In this document: one piece after another, positions 9,649-20,389 of the stretch | How the letters are laid out: each line of letters starts with the position of its first letter | Numbering within the stretch: the stretch's first letter is position 1 | Source: an uncultured Candidatus Saccharibacteria bacterium | Lineage (GTDB): Bacteria; Patescibacteriota; Saccharimonadia; Saccharimonadales; Saccharimonadaceae | Assembly (NCBI GenBank): GCA_963456375.1 | Contig: CAUOLH010000005.1 | Span: 5,912-69,911, forward strand | Reading direction: 5' to 3' | Length of the DNA stretch: 64,000 nucleotides | The notes under the pieces: model-generated | What the model saw: only the letters and a program-made list of their open reading frames with translations | Told to the model about the DNA's origin: nothing | The model's database searches: none | Translations under genes and position numbers: made by a program

Positions 9649-11736
9649 ATGGCAGCAAACGTTCCATTACAAAACTTTAGAAATATCGGTATTATTGCTC
9701 ACATTGACGCCGGTAAAACGACGACAACTGAGGGTATTTTATACCGCACTGGCTTGACGCATAAGATTGGTGTGGTTAAAGGCGATGGCGATGGCGCCAC
9801 CACCGACTGGATGGCGCAGGAAAAAGAGCGGGGTATTACCATTACCTCGGCAGCAGTGACCTGCTTCTGGAAAGGCCACAAGATTAATATCATTGACACC
9901 CCAGGGCACATCGACTTTACTGCTGAAGTGGAGCGTTCGCTGCGCGTCCTCGACGGTGCTGTTACTGTATTCGACGGCAAGATGGGCGTCGAGGCGCAGT
10001 CTGAGACCGTCTGGCGCCAGGCTAACAAATACGGTGTACCGCGCATTTGCTTCGTTAATAAGATTAACCAAACCGGCGGCGACTTCTACAAATCTCTGGA
10101 GTCAATTCACAATCGCCTCAGCAAGCAAGCCTTTCCAATTCACTTGCCAATTGGTTTTGAGAAGACTATCAACGGCGTGGTTGACTTGATTGACATGAAA
10201 GCTTACACCTATGACGACTACACTGATCACGAATTGAAGGTTGGCGAAATTCCGGCTGATATGTTGGAGAAGGCGAAGAATGCCCGCAGCTTGCTAGTGG
10301 AAAATGCCGTTGAAGCTGACGACGAATTGATGATGAAGTTCCTTGATCAGGGCGAGGAAGCGATTACTATCGACGAACTAAAGATGGCGCTGCGCAAGCG
10401 CGTGCTGGCTGGCGACTTCTATCTGGTGACTGGCGGCGACGGTCGCGGCGTCATCGTGGAGAAGCTGCTTGACTTGATGGTTGACTTCTTGCCAAGCCCG
10501 CTGGACGTTGACGAAATTTGGGGTAAAAATCCAAAAACTGGCGACGAAGTGAGCCGCAAGCCATCAGACAAAGAGCCGCTCTCAGCGCTAGCGTTCAAGA
10601 TCGCCACCGACCCATTTGTTGGTAAATTGATCTTCATCCGCGTCTACTCTGGCGTGCTGAATTCAGGCAGCTACGTCCTGAACACTACCACTGGCGATAA
10701 GGAGCGCATCGGCCGTATCGTGCGCATGCATGCTGATAAGCGCGAAGATATCGATAAGATTTCTGCCGGTGACATTGCCGCTGTGGTTGGTTTAAAGAAT
10801 ACCGGTACCGGTAACACTTTGACCGATCCAGCGCATCCGATTGCTTTGGAATCAATTGAGTTTCCAGAGCCGCCAGTTTCCATCGCTGTTGAGCCAAAGT
10901 CAAAGGCTGACCAAGAAAAAATGGCACTAGCTTTACAGCGCTTGTCCGAGGAAGACCCAACCTTCCGCATTCACACTGATGAAGAAACCGGCCAGACAAT
11001 TATGTCCGGCATGGGTGAGTTGCACCTAGACATCTTGATCGACCGCATGAAACGTGAGTTCAAGGTTGAAGCTAATATTGGCGAGCCGCAAGTGGCCTTC
11101 CGCGAGTCAATCAAGGGTAAGGCTGAAGTTCAGGGCAAGCACGCCAAGCAGTCTGGCGGCCGCGGTCAATACGGTGATGTTTGGGTGCGATTTGAACCGA
11201 ACGAAGCTGGCAAGGGCTTTGAATTTATCGACGAGATCAAGGGCGGCGTGGTTCCTCAGGAATATCGCCCAGCTGTCATGAAGGGTATCAAGGAGACCTT
11301 GGAAGGCGGCGTTATCGCTGGCTATCCAGTGGTTGACGTCAAGGCGACGCTGTATGATGGTTCGTACCACGATGTCGACTCCTCAGAACTAGCTTTCTCA
11401 CTAGCAGGTTCGTTGGCAGCCCGCGAAGGTATCAAGCAAGCCACCCCAATTCTGCTCGAGCCGGTCATGAAGGTTGAAGTAACCACCCCAGAAGAGTTTA
11501 TGGGCGACATTATCGGCGACCTGAACTCACGCCGCGGCCGCATTGACGCCATGGAAGATTTGATGGGCGGCGCCAAATTGGTCAAAGCTTTCGTGCCGCT
11601 AGCAAATATGTTTGGCTACACCTCGGACATCCGCTCAATGTCGCAGGGCCGCGCAGCCAGCACCATGGAGCTAGCGCAGTACGAGGAAGTACCACCGAAC
11701 GTGGCGCAGGAGATTATCGAGAAGCGCAGCAAGTAA
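9649..11736 (+). CDS. fusA: Elongation factor G
   Basis: [42 protein letters not shown] motifs. Confidence 0.99.
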   Translation: MAANVPLQNFRNIGIIAHIDAGKTTTTEGILYRTGLTHKIGVVKGDGDGATTDWMAQEKERGITITSAAVTCFWKGHKINIIDTPGHIDFTAEVERSLRVLDGAVTVFDGKMGVEAQSETVWRQANKYGVPRICFVNKINQTGGDFYKSLESIHNRLSKQAFPIHLPIGFEKTINGVVDLIDMKAYTYDDYTDHELKVGEIPADMLEKAKNARSLLVENAVEADDELMMKFLDQGEEAITIDELKMALRKRVLAGDFYLVTGGDGRGVIVEKLLDLMVDFLPSPLDVDEIWGKNPKTGDEVSRKPSDKEPLSALAFKIATDPFVGKLIFIRVYSGVLNSGSYVLNTTTGDKERIGRIVRMHADKREDIDKISAGDIAAVVGLKNTGTGNTLTDPAHPIALESIEFPEPPVSIAVEPKSKADQEKMALALQRLSEEDPTFRIHTDEETGQTIMSGMGELHLDILIDRMKREFKVEANIGEPQVAFRESIKGKAEVQGKHAKQSGGRGQYGDVWVRFEPNEAGKGFEFIDEIKGGVVPQEYRPAVMKGIKETLEGGVIAGYPVVDVKATLYDGSYHDVDSSELAFSLAGSLAAREGIKQATPILLEPVMKVEVTTPEEFMGDIIGDLNSRRGRIDAMEDLMGGAKLVKAFVPLANMFGYTSDIRSMSQGRAASTMELAQYEEVPPNVAQEIIEKRSK

Positions 11737-11756
11737 CCGGTAAATCCTCAACAAAC

Positions 11757-11792
11757 AAATATCCCCGGAATATTAACCTCCGGGGATATTTT
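11757..11792. terminator. Bidirectional terminator after fusA
   Basis: AAATATCCCCGGA / TCCGGGGATATTT inverted repeat between convergent genes. Confidence 0.85.
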
Positions 11793-11850
11793 AGTAGAGC
11801 CGCGCGGGCCGCCGCGCTTATCGGCCGCGTTTACCACTACTGCTTACTAT

Positions 11851-13254
11851 CTACTGCTTAATTTCTTCAATCGCCTCTTGCCGAAACGTGCGAATAAGCC
11901 ACCGTCGAATCGGCCGTCCAATCATATTTCCCAGCGACGCGCCAGCCGCCACCGCCAAGCCAATCATCACCGCCCTCATTAGAATCGCTAGCGCCGTCAT
12001 AAACAGCGGATCGCTCGGCGGATGTAGCACGACGCCCATCAGCCCGTTATATAGCGACAATCCCGGCACCAGCGGCACGATTCCAGCAGCGATAATTGCC
12101 ATTGACGGAAATCGCCACAGCCGCGATGTTAGCACCGCCATCAAGCCAATCACTGTCGCAGCGATACCGCTGGACACCACGACATCAAATCCCGCGATCA
12201 ATAGCAGCCGCGAAATCCACCAGCCAAACACGCCGATCAATCCGGATACGATCAGACCAGACCACCTGGCGTGATTACCCACCGCGAAAGCCGCCGCCAC
12301 GATCAGCGCCCCTAAATATTGAAGATGTTTATCCGCCAGCGACAATCGATCCGGCGTCGCCGGAAAAGTAATGCCAAATTTGGTAGCGACATACAACCCG
12401 ATCACCACGCCGACCACGATGCCGCCAGTCGCCATAATCACCTTCAGCAGCCGCGCATTGGCCGTAATATAAAATTCGTCAATTGCATCCTGAAACGCGC
12501 CAACCGTCATTAAACCTGCCACCAGCAGCACAATACCGCTAATCACTAAAAGCGTCGCATTGATATCCATCCGCAAGCCGTACATATTCGCCCAGGCAAT
12601 TCCCGCCGCCGCCAACGTCGCGAAAAGCGCCGCCGAAGCCTGGGAATAAAACGTCGTCATGCCAACGCGCCACAGCCAGCGCAGCACAATCGTCGCCACA
12701 AATCCCATGATAAACGACAATCCAATCATCAGTAGATCGCCGTCATACATCACAATCACCCCGGCGCTAATCAATCCGCCGGAAGCACAAATCACCAGCG
12801 GCGAATGCCGTTTCGGCTGGCTAAGAATTTTCTCGACTCGCTGCTCGGCGATATGCAGAGGCAAATGCTTATTACGAATTTCCAGCGCCAGCGACTGCAG
12901 CGCCTGAATCTGCTGATAATTAGCATAATCCGGCACCATCACCCTGATCATCGTTAACGGCTCGCGATCAACCCCGCGGTCCTGAGAAATAGTAATCAGC
13001 GTATAGCACACATCCATATGCACCGGCCGCCGGCAATACGTCTCAGTAATACCCAGCGACAGCCGCACCACGTCATGCGCCACCACGCCCATACTCAGCA
13101 GCTGTTCGGCGATAGTCATCGTCAGCCGAAGCGCCCGCATATTCGGCGTCAAACTATCATCAATTTTTTCCAAACTATGCATCGGCTCGACGCTGTAAAT
13201 ACTAGCAATCCGCGCCAGCGATTGTGTAATAAACCGGGGAACTTTTCTTTTCAC
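11851..13254 (-). CDS. Threonine/serine exporter ThrE-family membrane protein
   Basis: Soluble N-terminal region then about 10 TM helices; LVPGL motif. Confidence 0.8.
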   Translation of the reverse strand: MKRKVPRFITQSLARIASIYSVEPMHSLEKIDDSLTPNMRALRLTMTIAEQLLSMGVVAHDVVRLSLGITETYCRRPVHMDVCYTLITISQDRGVDREPLTMIRVMVPDYANYQQIQALQSLALEIRNKHLPLHIAEQRVEKILSQPKRHSPLVICASGGLISAGVIVMYDGDLLMIGLSFIMGFVATIVLRWLWRVGMTTFYSQASAALFATLAAAGIAWANMYGLRMDINATLLVISGIVLLVAGLMTVGAFQDAIDEFYITANARLLKVIMATGGIVVGVVIGLYVATKFGITFPATPDRLSLADKHLQYLGALIVAAAFAVGNHARWSGLIVSGLIGVFGWWISRLLLIAGFDVVVSSGIAATVIGLMAVLTSRLWRFPSMAIIAAGIVPLVPGLSLYNGLMGVVLHPPSDPLFMTALAILMRAVMIGLAVAAGASLGNMIGRPIRRWLIRTFRQEAIEEIKQ

Positions 13255-13516
13255 ATATTTAGTGTAACAAATTTCTCAGCAATGAAAATAGCCCGCCGAG
13301 AAAAGGTGTTTTTTCGCAAGAAAACGCTGCCAAGCACAGCCATACCCCGCATGGCAAGGGTAAAATTTACCACGATTTTGCCCCGCAATCTGTTCGGCCT
13401 GTGGAAATAATCGTTATTTTACCGTTAACCCGCCAGAAAATGCTTGCCTAAAATGAGGAAGCGTGATATATTGTGAATAGTCAATTTAGCAAAAATAGAC
13501 AAGGAATGCGAGCCAT

Positions 13517-14032
13517 ATGTCTGAATTACCAGAGAAACAAGTCAAGCGCCTCCGGACGCTCATCCAGGAAGCAGAAACCAATTTAGCGGCAGCCAAGGAG
13601 TTGCTAATCAGCATCGTTGGCGACGACGGGCAAGTCGTTACCCCGAAAAATCCGTCCGACGAAGTCGCCGGCAAGGTTATTGAGGGCGTGTTTGACGGGC
13701 AAATGATGCTCAGTCCTGACGGAAAGAATTATCCAATTCCTGCCAATTATGCCTCGAAATCTAAGCTGGTTGAAGGTGATTTGATGAAATTAACCATCGC
13801 TGAGGACGGCAGCTTTATTTATAAGCAGATCGGCCCAGTGCCGCGCAAACAAGTCATCGGCACGCTAGTCCAGCACGACGGCGTCTATTACGTCGAGGCT
13901 TCCGGCCGCGAATATCGCATTTTGCTCGCCAGCGTCACTTATTTCCGTATTAACGTCGGCGACCAAGTCACCATCATCATCCCGGAAGACAATCCTGACG
14001 CCACCTGGGCAGCTGTCGAAGCGGCATTGTAA
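13517..14032 (+). CDS. Conserved hypothetical protein (coiled coil plus beta domains)
   Basis: 171-aa ORF with SD-like AAGGA and downstream terminator; VIEGVFDGQ / YPIPANYASKSKLVEGD pattern that I associate with CPR genomes. Confidence 0.75.
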   Translation: MSELPEKQVKRLRTLIQEAETNLAAAKELLISIVGDDGQVVTPKNPSDEVAGKVIEGVFDGQMMLSPDGKNYPIPANYASKSKLVEGDLMKLTIAEDGSFIYKQIGPVPRKQVIGTLVQHDGVYYVEASGREYRILLASVTYFRINVGDQVTIIIPEDNPDATWAAVEAAL

Positions 14033-14050
14033 AGTAGTTTCCGCTTTTTA

Positions 14051-14078
14051 AAGCCGTCCGTGTCTGCGGGCGGTTTTT
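14051..14078 (+). terminator. Intrinsic terminator
   Basis: GCCGTCCG / CGGGCGGT stem plus T tract. Confidence 0.7.
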
Positions 14079-14092
14079 GATATAATTGTGTT

Positions 14093-14965
14093 ATGCCAGA
14101 CGATTTTTTACTCGCTTATGCCAGTTTTAATGCCGATAACCAGCCATTTATCGACTGTCAAATCGGCGATGAGATTAAGCGGCGGGAATTGTTTGGACAA
14201 GATTTATCGCTCGAGTTTGACTTCTCGACCAAATATTGTACCGGCTGGGTGGATTTTGAAAATCATTGCAGTCAAATTTGTCCAGATTCCGCCACGGTTG
14301 ACGGCAAATATGAAAATTGTCTGAAATGTCGTAACCGGACTGGGTTTAATCCAGCGTTTTATCATGCTGATTCGGTGTCGGCGCAGCAGGAAAAGATAAA
14401 TCAAAACCCGCACTTCGTCTATCTGGCATATTTCGCGCCGGGAGTTATTAAAGTTGGTATCTCGCAGGAAAAGCGCGGTATTCGACGACTGTTGGAACAG
14501 GGAGCACGGCTGGCGTTGAAACTGGAGACGTTTTCTTCGGCGTTAATCGCCCGGCAATATGAAGCGAAAATTGCCAGTCTGAGTGGCATCATGGAAACAG
14601 TGGCCGCCAGCAAAAAACTGGGGCTGATCAGGCGGACGCTTGATGCTGTGGCGGCGGAGCAGGCCCTAGCTAACACGCTGATGCGCATTCAGCAAAAACT
14701 GGGGCTGGATTTTCCAAACCAAACGCCCATCATGTGCGAAGATTATTTTCAGACAGCAAGCGTAGACCTAACGAGAGTTATACTAATGAAAGATAAGTCG
14801 CAATTAGTCGGCCACGTCCTAAGTGTAATCGGTAGCATCGCCATCACTGAGTATGATGGCAACTTACTGGGTTACAACTTAAAAAAATATATCGGCTACC
14901 GTGCCCAGAAAATCACCGAACCTATTGAGCTGGAATTACCTAGCGAGCAACTGACGCTATTTTGA
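14093..14965 (+). CDS. DUF2797-like protein
   Basis: Cys cluster (YCTG..C..CxxC), HFVYLA, KVGIS, RLLEQGA motifs. Confidence 0.75.
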   Translation: MPDDFLLAYASFNADNQPFIDCQIGDEIKRRELFGQDLSLEFDFSTKYCTGWVDFENHCSQICPDSATVDGKYENCLKCRNRTGFNPAFYHADSVSAQQEKINQNPHFVYLAYFAPGVIKVGISQEKRGIRRLLEQGARLALKLETFSSALIARQYEAKIASLSGIMETVAASKKLGLIRRTLDAVAAEQALANTLMRIQQKLGLDFPNQTPIMCEDYFQTASVDLTRVILMKDKSQLVGHVLSVIGSIAITEYDGNLLGYNLKKYIGYRAQKITEPIELELPSEQLTLF

Positions 14966-15053
14966 TATAATCTCAAACAGTCCATAGCACGGGATGAAAC
15001 TGTACATATATGCATAATATATAAAACGACATACAGTCTATAGTGAATTCGAT

Positions 15054-15569
15054 TTATCGAATAAGTACCGCTGAAGCTATACAAGCAGCCTGACCTGTTC
15101 CCGTTACAGCACACGCAGTAAGTATGTCACGCGCTTTAACTATTTGCTCTCGCCTTTTTGGAACACGTTTTTCTTCGGGGATAACATCTTTCTGTGTACG
15201 CCATCGATTATAATCACCAACAAGACGGGGAACGTGAGCGGCCTGACGTAGACCAACAGCTGCCATCGTTGCAGCGTACACGGCATCAATAGCAAGAAAT
15301 CCCACATTCATAACATCAGGTCCTTGTGTCATGATATCTTGCGCATATTCTTGAGCTATCGTTAAGCCAGATGCCGATTGCATAAAATGGATTGCAGAAA
15401 AACTACTAAATGCAGCGATAGCTCCTAGCGTGCGCCTTGTTTTTTGTTTATCTGGCGAAGTAATATAGCCAACATAAACCTCTTTTAAAAAGAATTTGCC
15501 CGCAAATGGTGCTCTATCAATTAAGTCGAATAACACGGGCTTTTTGCCTGATTGCTTGTTAACTTCCAT
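15054..15569 (-). CDS. Hypothetical membrane-associated protein (orphan-like)
   Basis: 171-aa lower-GC ORF; TTGACA-N17-TAAAAT promoter ending 6 nt before ATG. Confidence 0.65.
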   Translation of the reverse strand: MEVNKQSGKKPVLFDLIDRAPFAGKFFLKEVYVGYITSPDKQKTRRTLGAIAAFSSFSAIHFMQSASGLTIAQEYAQDIMTQGPDVMNVGFLAIDAVYAATMAAVGLRQAAHVPRLVGDYNRWRTQKDVIPEEKRVPKRREQIVKARDILTACAVTGTGQAACIASAVLIR

Positions 15570-15679
15570 ATTTCAATTTTAGTATAAAAGTATTATTTTG
15601 TCAACTTTACGATTTCATTGTTCCTCATCGACTACCGCCTATAATTTTGCTATAATAAACCCATGGAGAACAAGGGGCG

Positions 15680-17218
15680 ATGAGTCAGGCTCTGTACCGA
15701 AAGTACCGCAGCCGCAGCTTAGATGAGGTGTTGGGACAAGATCACGTGACCAACATTTTACGCCGAGCCTTGGAGCAGGGGAAAATCGCCCATGCGTATT
15801 TGCTGACGGGCCCGCGCGGCGTAGGAAAAACATCGGTGGCACGAATTTTGGCGCATGAGATCAATCAATTGCCGTACGACGAGGACGCCTCGCACCTGGA
15901 CATCATTGAGATTGATGCCGCCAGCAACAACGGTGTCGACGACATTCGGGCATTACGTGAAAAAGCGCAAGTGGCGCCCGTTTCCGCACCAAAAAAGATT
16001 TACATCATCGACGAAGTCCACATGTTGTCCAAGCCTGCCTTTAACGCGCTGTTAAAGACGCTGGAGGAGCCGCCAGCGCACGTGGTATTTATCCTGGCGA
16101 CCACCGACGCCGACAAGTTGCCAGCCACCATTCTCAGCCGCGTCCAGCAATTTTTCTTCCGTCCCATCCCAGTCGATATCATGGCGCACCAGCTGATGAC
16201 TATCGCCGAGAAAGAGGGCTTTACTATTGAGGCAGACGCTGCTCGGCTGATCGCTGAGCGTTCGCGCGGCGGCTTTCGCGACGGCATCAGCATGCTGGAT
16301 CAACTGTCGGCATTAGCCAGCGCTGATAAGCCGCTAAGCGCGTCGGACGTTGCCCAGTACCTGGGGCTGAGCGCTACTGAGACGCTGGAGAACCTGCTGG
16401 AATTGTATCAGCAGCACGACGCGCCTGAGGCGCTGAACCTGCTGGGCGAGCTGGAGCAAGCCGGTACTGATCCGGTCGTCCTATCTCATCAATTATTATC
16501 ACTGCTGCGAGCACGCTTACATCAGCGGCCAGAGTTAATTACATTGGTCAAGCAGCTAATTGAAGTCGACCGCCATCCGCATCCAGATTTGAAATTATTG
16601 ACGATATTTATGGATGGTGCTGGAGGTGTAGTTCATAAATCGTCCGAGGCCGCACCCACGTCGACTGCGAGCCCGACTGCCGCGATCAAACCGCCAGTAG
16701 CTATTTCCAAATCGCCAGCAGAAAAACCAAAGCCACCAGTAGCTACTTCAGAAGCGCCAGCCCCAGCCGCTCAACCAGCAGAAAATTCACAAAAAACCAT
16801 CCCGAAACAGGAGCAAACTAACGACTCTGCGGATAAAACGGCAGCAGACGCCACCCCGGCAGGCAATCAACCAGCACCAGACAGCCCACCAGACTCCACC
16901 GCCACAGACATCGACTGGGATAAAATCATCGCCCTGGCCAAAGAGCAGTCGTTCGCTATTGCGACATTGTTGCAAAAGTGCAGTTGGCGGCGGGATGGCA
17001 ATACCTTGACCCTGTACGTCGGCAATGCTTTCGCTAAAAAGAAGCTAGATAATGCGAAAAATCGCCCGCTTATTGCGACAATTGTGCAACAAGTCACCGG
17101 CACTGAACTGGATATTGCGACAATCGGACAAAAAGCCCCGCCCAAAGACGCCGAGCTTGCGAAGATTGCCGAGCTAATGGGCGGCGGCGAAGAAGTTAAC
17201 CTGGAGGAATTATCATGA
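15680..17218 (+). CDS. dnaX: DNA polymerase III gamma/tau subunit
   Basis: LYRKYR, GPRGVGKT, EIDAASN, DEVHML, NALLKTLEEPP; P/A-rich linker. Confidence 0.97.
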   Translation: MSQALYRKYRSRSLDEVLGQDHVTNILRRALEQGKIAHAYLLTGPRGVGKTSVARILAHEINQLPYDEDASHLDIIEIDAASNNGVDDIRALREKAQVAPVSAPKKIYIIDEVHMLSKPAFNALLKTLEEPPAHVVFILATTDADKLPATILSRVQQFFFRPIPVDIMAHQLMTIAEKEGFTIEADAARLIAERSRGGFRDGISMLDQLSALASADKPLSASDVAQYLGLSATETLENLLELYQQHDAPEALNLLGELEQAGTDPVVLSHQLLSLLRARLHQRPELITLVKQLIEVDRHPHPDLKLLTIFMDGAGGVVHKSSEAAPTSTASPTAAIKPPVAISKSPAEKPKPPVATSEAPAPAAQPAENSQKTIPKQEQTNDSADKTAADATPAGNQPAPDSPPDSTATDIDWDKIIALAKEQSFAIATLLQKCSWRRDGNTLTLYVGNAFAKKKLDNAKNRPLIATIVQQVTGTELDIATIGQKAPPKDAELAKIAELMGGGEEVNLEELS

Positions 17219-18573
17219 GCGAAAAAACCCAAACCGAAACCATCGCGGGCAAATTACCGCCCCAAAACCTAGACGCCGAAAAAAGCCTGCTCGGCGCAAT
17301 TCTCATCGACGAGGAAGTCCTGGCGGACGCTTCGGAAATCGTCAAACCTAACGATTTTTATGATAAAAACCACGGGCTGATTTTCGCTGGTATGATGCGG
17401 CTATTTGAAAAGCACAAGCCGGTTGACCTATTAACCTTGACTGATGAGCTGAAGCGCAAGGACGAGCTGGAGCTCATCGGCGGCTCGGCGTATTTGACGG
17501 AACTCACCAACTACGTGCCGACGGCAGCGCACGCGGCGGCGTACGCCGAAATGGTGGCGCAAACAGCGGTGCGGCGGCGCCTCATCAAGGCCAGCAGTGG
17601 TATCACCGAACTCGGCTACGATGAATCGACAACCACCCAAGAATTATTAGAAAAAGCCGAGGCCGAACTATTCAGCGTCTCCGACCAGTCATTGAAACAA
17701 GATTTGGTCAGTCTGGAAAGTATCTTGACCGACAGCTTTGACCGTATCGAGGAGCTTCACCGCAACAAGGGCAGCCTGCGCGGCATGCGGACCGGTTACC
17801 GCGATCTGGACACCATGACGGCGGGGCTGCAAAAGTCGGATTTAATTATCCTGGCGGCGCGACCGGCCATGGGTAAGACTGCGCTAGTGACCAACCTAGC
17901 GTACAACGTAGCGACGATTGAGAAAAAGCCGGTGCTGTTTTTCAGCCTGGAGATGAGTAAGGAGCAGCTGACCGACCGCATGTTATCTGATGCGTCGGGC
18001 GTTAATAGCTGGAATATTCGTACCGGTAATCTGAGCGGCGATGATTTTGAGAAATTATCCGAGGCCATGGGCGAGATGGCAGAAGCGCCGATTTACATTG
18101 ACGACACGCCGGGCCTCAGCATTCTGGAGATGCGTACCAAGGCTCGCCGCCTAGCACACGAAGGCGAAATTGGCCTGATCATCGTCGACTACCTGCAGCT
18201 GATGCAGGCCACCAACAATCACAACGGCAACCGCGTTCAGGAAGTGTCGGAAATTTCTCGTGGCCTCAAACTGATCGCTCGCGAACTCAACGTGCCGCTG
18301 ATCGCCCTGAGTCAGCTGAGCCGTTCGGTCGAGTCGCGGACGCCGCCAATCCCGCAGTTAGCCGACCTGCGTGAGTCCGGCTCTATCGAGCAGGACGCCG
18401 ACATCGTCAGCTTTATCTACCGTCCAGGCTACTACGAACCAGACAACCCAGAAGTCCAAAACATCACCGATCTGATCATCGCCAAGCACCGTAACGGCCC
18501 GGTCGGCAAGATTCAACTCTACTTCCATCCGGAGCGCCTGCGTTTTATGAGTTTAGATCGCAAGCATGACTAG
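17215..18573 (+). CDS. dnaB: Replicative DNA helicase
   Basis: AARPAMGKT, FSLEMS, IVDYLQL, LSQLSR, LRESGSIEQDAD, AKHRNG. Confidence 0.99.
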   Translation: MSEKTQTETIAGKLPPQNLDAEKSLLGAILIDEEVLADASEIVKPNDFYDKNHGLIFAGMMRLFEKHKPVDLLTLTDELKRKDELELIGGSAYLTELTNYVPTAAHAAAYAEMVAQTAVRRRLIKASSGITELGYDESTTTQELLEKAEAELFSVSDQSLKQDLVSLESILTDSFDRIEELHRNKGSLRGMRTGYRDLDTMTAGLQKSDLIILAARPAMGKTALVTNLAYNVATIEKKPVLFFSLEMSKEQLTDRMLSDASGVNSWNIRTGNLSGDDFEKLSEAMGEMAEAPIYIDDTPGLSILEMRTKARRLAHEGEIGLIIVDYLQLMQATNNHNGNRVQEVSEISRGLKLIARELNVPLIALSQLSRSVESRTPPIPQLADLRESGSIEQDADIVSFIYRPGYYEPDNPEVQNITDLIIAKHRNGPVGKIQLYFHPERLRFMSLDRKHD

Positions 18574-18588
18574 AATTGTGATATAATC

Positions 18589-20064
18589 ATGGCAGTGAAA
18601 AAGCAGCAAGTTACTGATATCTTTGTATACAAATGGCGCTATTTTTTTGGCTATATTGTGCTTGTGCTGTTATATATTGGCGCAGTGGTCACTTCGGCGT
18701 TGTACGCGCCAGGCGGATTGACGCAATCAGAAATCGACGCCATAAAAACGACTAACGACCTGTCGCTCAGTATTGACGGTTTGGCAGTCGCCAATCTGCC
18801 GTTCCACGCCTTGCAGCTGGTTTTTTTCAAACTATTCGGCGTCAGTTTGCTAACCATTAAAGCGCCAGCCATCCTCCTTTCGATCATCAGTTCTATCGCC
18901 ATATTCTTCCTGCTCAAGCGCTGGTTTAAGCCGAGCGTCGCCATCCTATCCATGCTTATCATGATCACCACCGCCCAATTTTTGTTTATCGGCCAGAGCG
19001 CTACGCCGGCAATTTTATACGTGTTTTACGCAGCGCTAATTCTGTTGTTTGCCACATTAACGCTTCAGAAAGCCAAAATTACTTGGCTGTGGCGAATATT
19101 GCTAGCTATTACCGCCGCAGCGAGCCTACTAACGCCGTACTTTTGGTATATTAACCTGGGGCTGCTGTTCGTTGCCTTACTGCACCCGCATCCGCGATAC
19201 TATCTTATTTCCAGAAAATACCGCCGCCGCTGGCTGATACCGTTTCTAGTGTTCTGTCTGGCTACTGGCGCGGTTGCTTATCTATGCTTAAAATCCGACG
19301 CTCTCAGAAGCAGCCTGCTGGGATTTGGCGCGCTGAATTTCAACATAGCAAGCAATCTGAAAGTTCTATTTTACTCGTATCTTAGAATTGAGCCGTCAGT
19401 CGTCGATGGACAAATCACGCCGATTATGGACTTTAGCGCGCTTATTCTGATATTCCTGGGGCTCGCCAAAAGCTTCCAAAAACGCGCCAGCGCCAGATCG
19501 TCTATGATTTGGTCATGGCTATTTTTAGCATTAATTTTAATCATTCTCGACCCGCAATTAACCGCCATCACCATCGTACCGCTATTTATCCTGCTGGCAG
19601 TCGGCATCGAGACGCTAATGAACGAATGGTACAAACTTTTCCCGAAAAACCCGTATGCTCGCGGCACTGGCTTGGTATTTATTTCAGCGTTAATCATCGT
19701 TATGGTACTGGGCGGCAGTTTCCGCTACGTTGACGGCTACCAGCATTATCCGTTGGCTGCCCGCGAATTTAACAGCGATTTATCATTGTTAAAGAAAAAA
19801 CTTTCCGCCGATAAGGAAGCCGCGCTGCTGGTTAGCGAGGCCGAATTGCCGATTTATAAAGCCCTCATTAAGCACAATGCTAAGAATTTGCACATCGTCG
19901 ATTCCATACCATCTGACATACATCAGCCGCTATATATCAGCCGCGCCGCCCGCCAGCACGCGCCTAAAGCTAGCCTAAAAAAACTTTACCTATCATCAAT
20001 CCTGGTGAATAGCCGGTCAGAAAACGGCGATCGGTTTTATCTCTACACATCCAGCGAAAAATAA
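18589..20064 (+). CDS. Multi-pass membrane protein, GT-C (PMT/ArnT-like) glycosyltransferase-like
   Basis: About 11 TM helices, luminal loop with P-x-H after first TM; start may be GTG at 18595 (7 nt after TATAAT). Confidence 0.6.
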   Translation: MAVKKQQVTDIFVYKWRYFFGYIVLVLLYIGAVVTSALYAPGGLTQSEIDAIKTTNDLSLSIDGLAVANLPFHALQLVFFKLFGVSLLTIKAPAILLSIISSIAIFFLLKRWFKPSVAILSMLIMITTAQFLFIGQSATPAILYVFYAALILLFATLTLQKAKITWLWRILLAITAAASLLTPYFWYINLGLLFVALLHPHPRYYLISRKYRRRWLIPFLVFCLATGAVAYLCLKSDALRSSLLGFGALNFNIASNLKVLFYSYLRIEPSVVDGQITPIMDFSALILIFLGLAKSFQKRASARSSMIWSWLFLALILIILDPQLTAITIVPLFILLAVGIETLMNEWYKLFPKNPYARGTGLVFISALIIVMVLGGSFRYVDGYQHYPLAAREFNSDLSLLKKKLSADKEAALLVSEAELPIYKALIKHNAKNLHIVDSIPSDIHQPLYISRAARQHAPKASLKKLYLSSILVNSRSENGDRFYLYTSSEK

Positions 20065-20095
20065 GCTATAATAACGTAAGTAATAAAGGAGGAAT

Positions 20096-20386
20096 ATGGC
20101 GTTTGACCAGGTGAAAATGCTGCAGCAATTGCGTAAGGCGCAGAAACAATTAGGTAAAGAAATTATTGAAGTTGAGGCTGGCGACGGCGCAGTTATTGTC
20201 CAGATTACCGGCGAGCTGAAAATTAAGTCGATTAAAATCAATCCGAAGATGGTGGATTTGGATAACATCGAGCAGCTGGAACACTGGATTAAGATCGCGA
20301 TACGCGACGGCATGGCAAAGGCGCAGGAAATTGCTGCCGAGACCATGAAGCCGCTGATGGGCGGACTGGGCAACTTACCGTTTTAA
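20096..20386 (+). CDS. ybaB: YbaB/EbfC nucleoid-associated protein
   Basis: 96 aa, EAGDGAV..V.ITG motif, directly upstream of recR; SD AAGGAGG. Confidence 0.92.
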   Translation: MAFDQVKMLQQLRKAQKQLGKEIIEVEAGDGAVIVQITGELKIKSIKINPKMVDLDNIEQLEHWIKIAIRDGMAKAQEIAAETMKPLMGGLGNLPF

Positions 20387-20389
20387 GTT

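Noticed and set aside
16620..16910. P/A/T-rich segment of DnaX as another element insertion
   Set aside because: Such linkers are normal in tau subunits and no palindrome was evident
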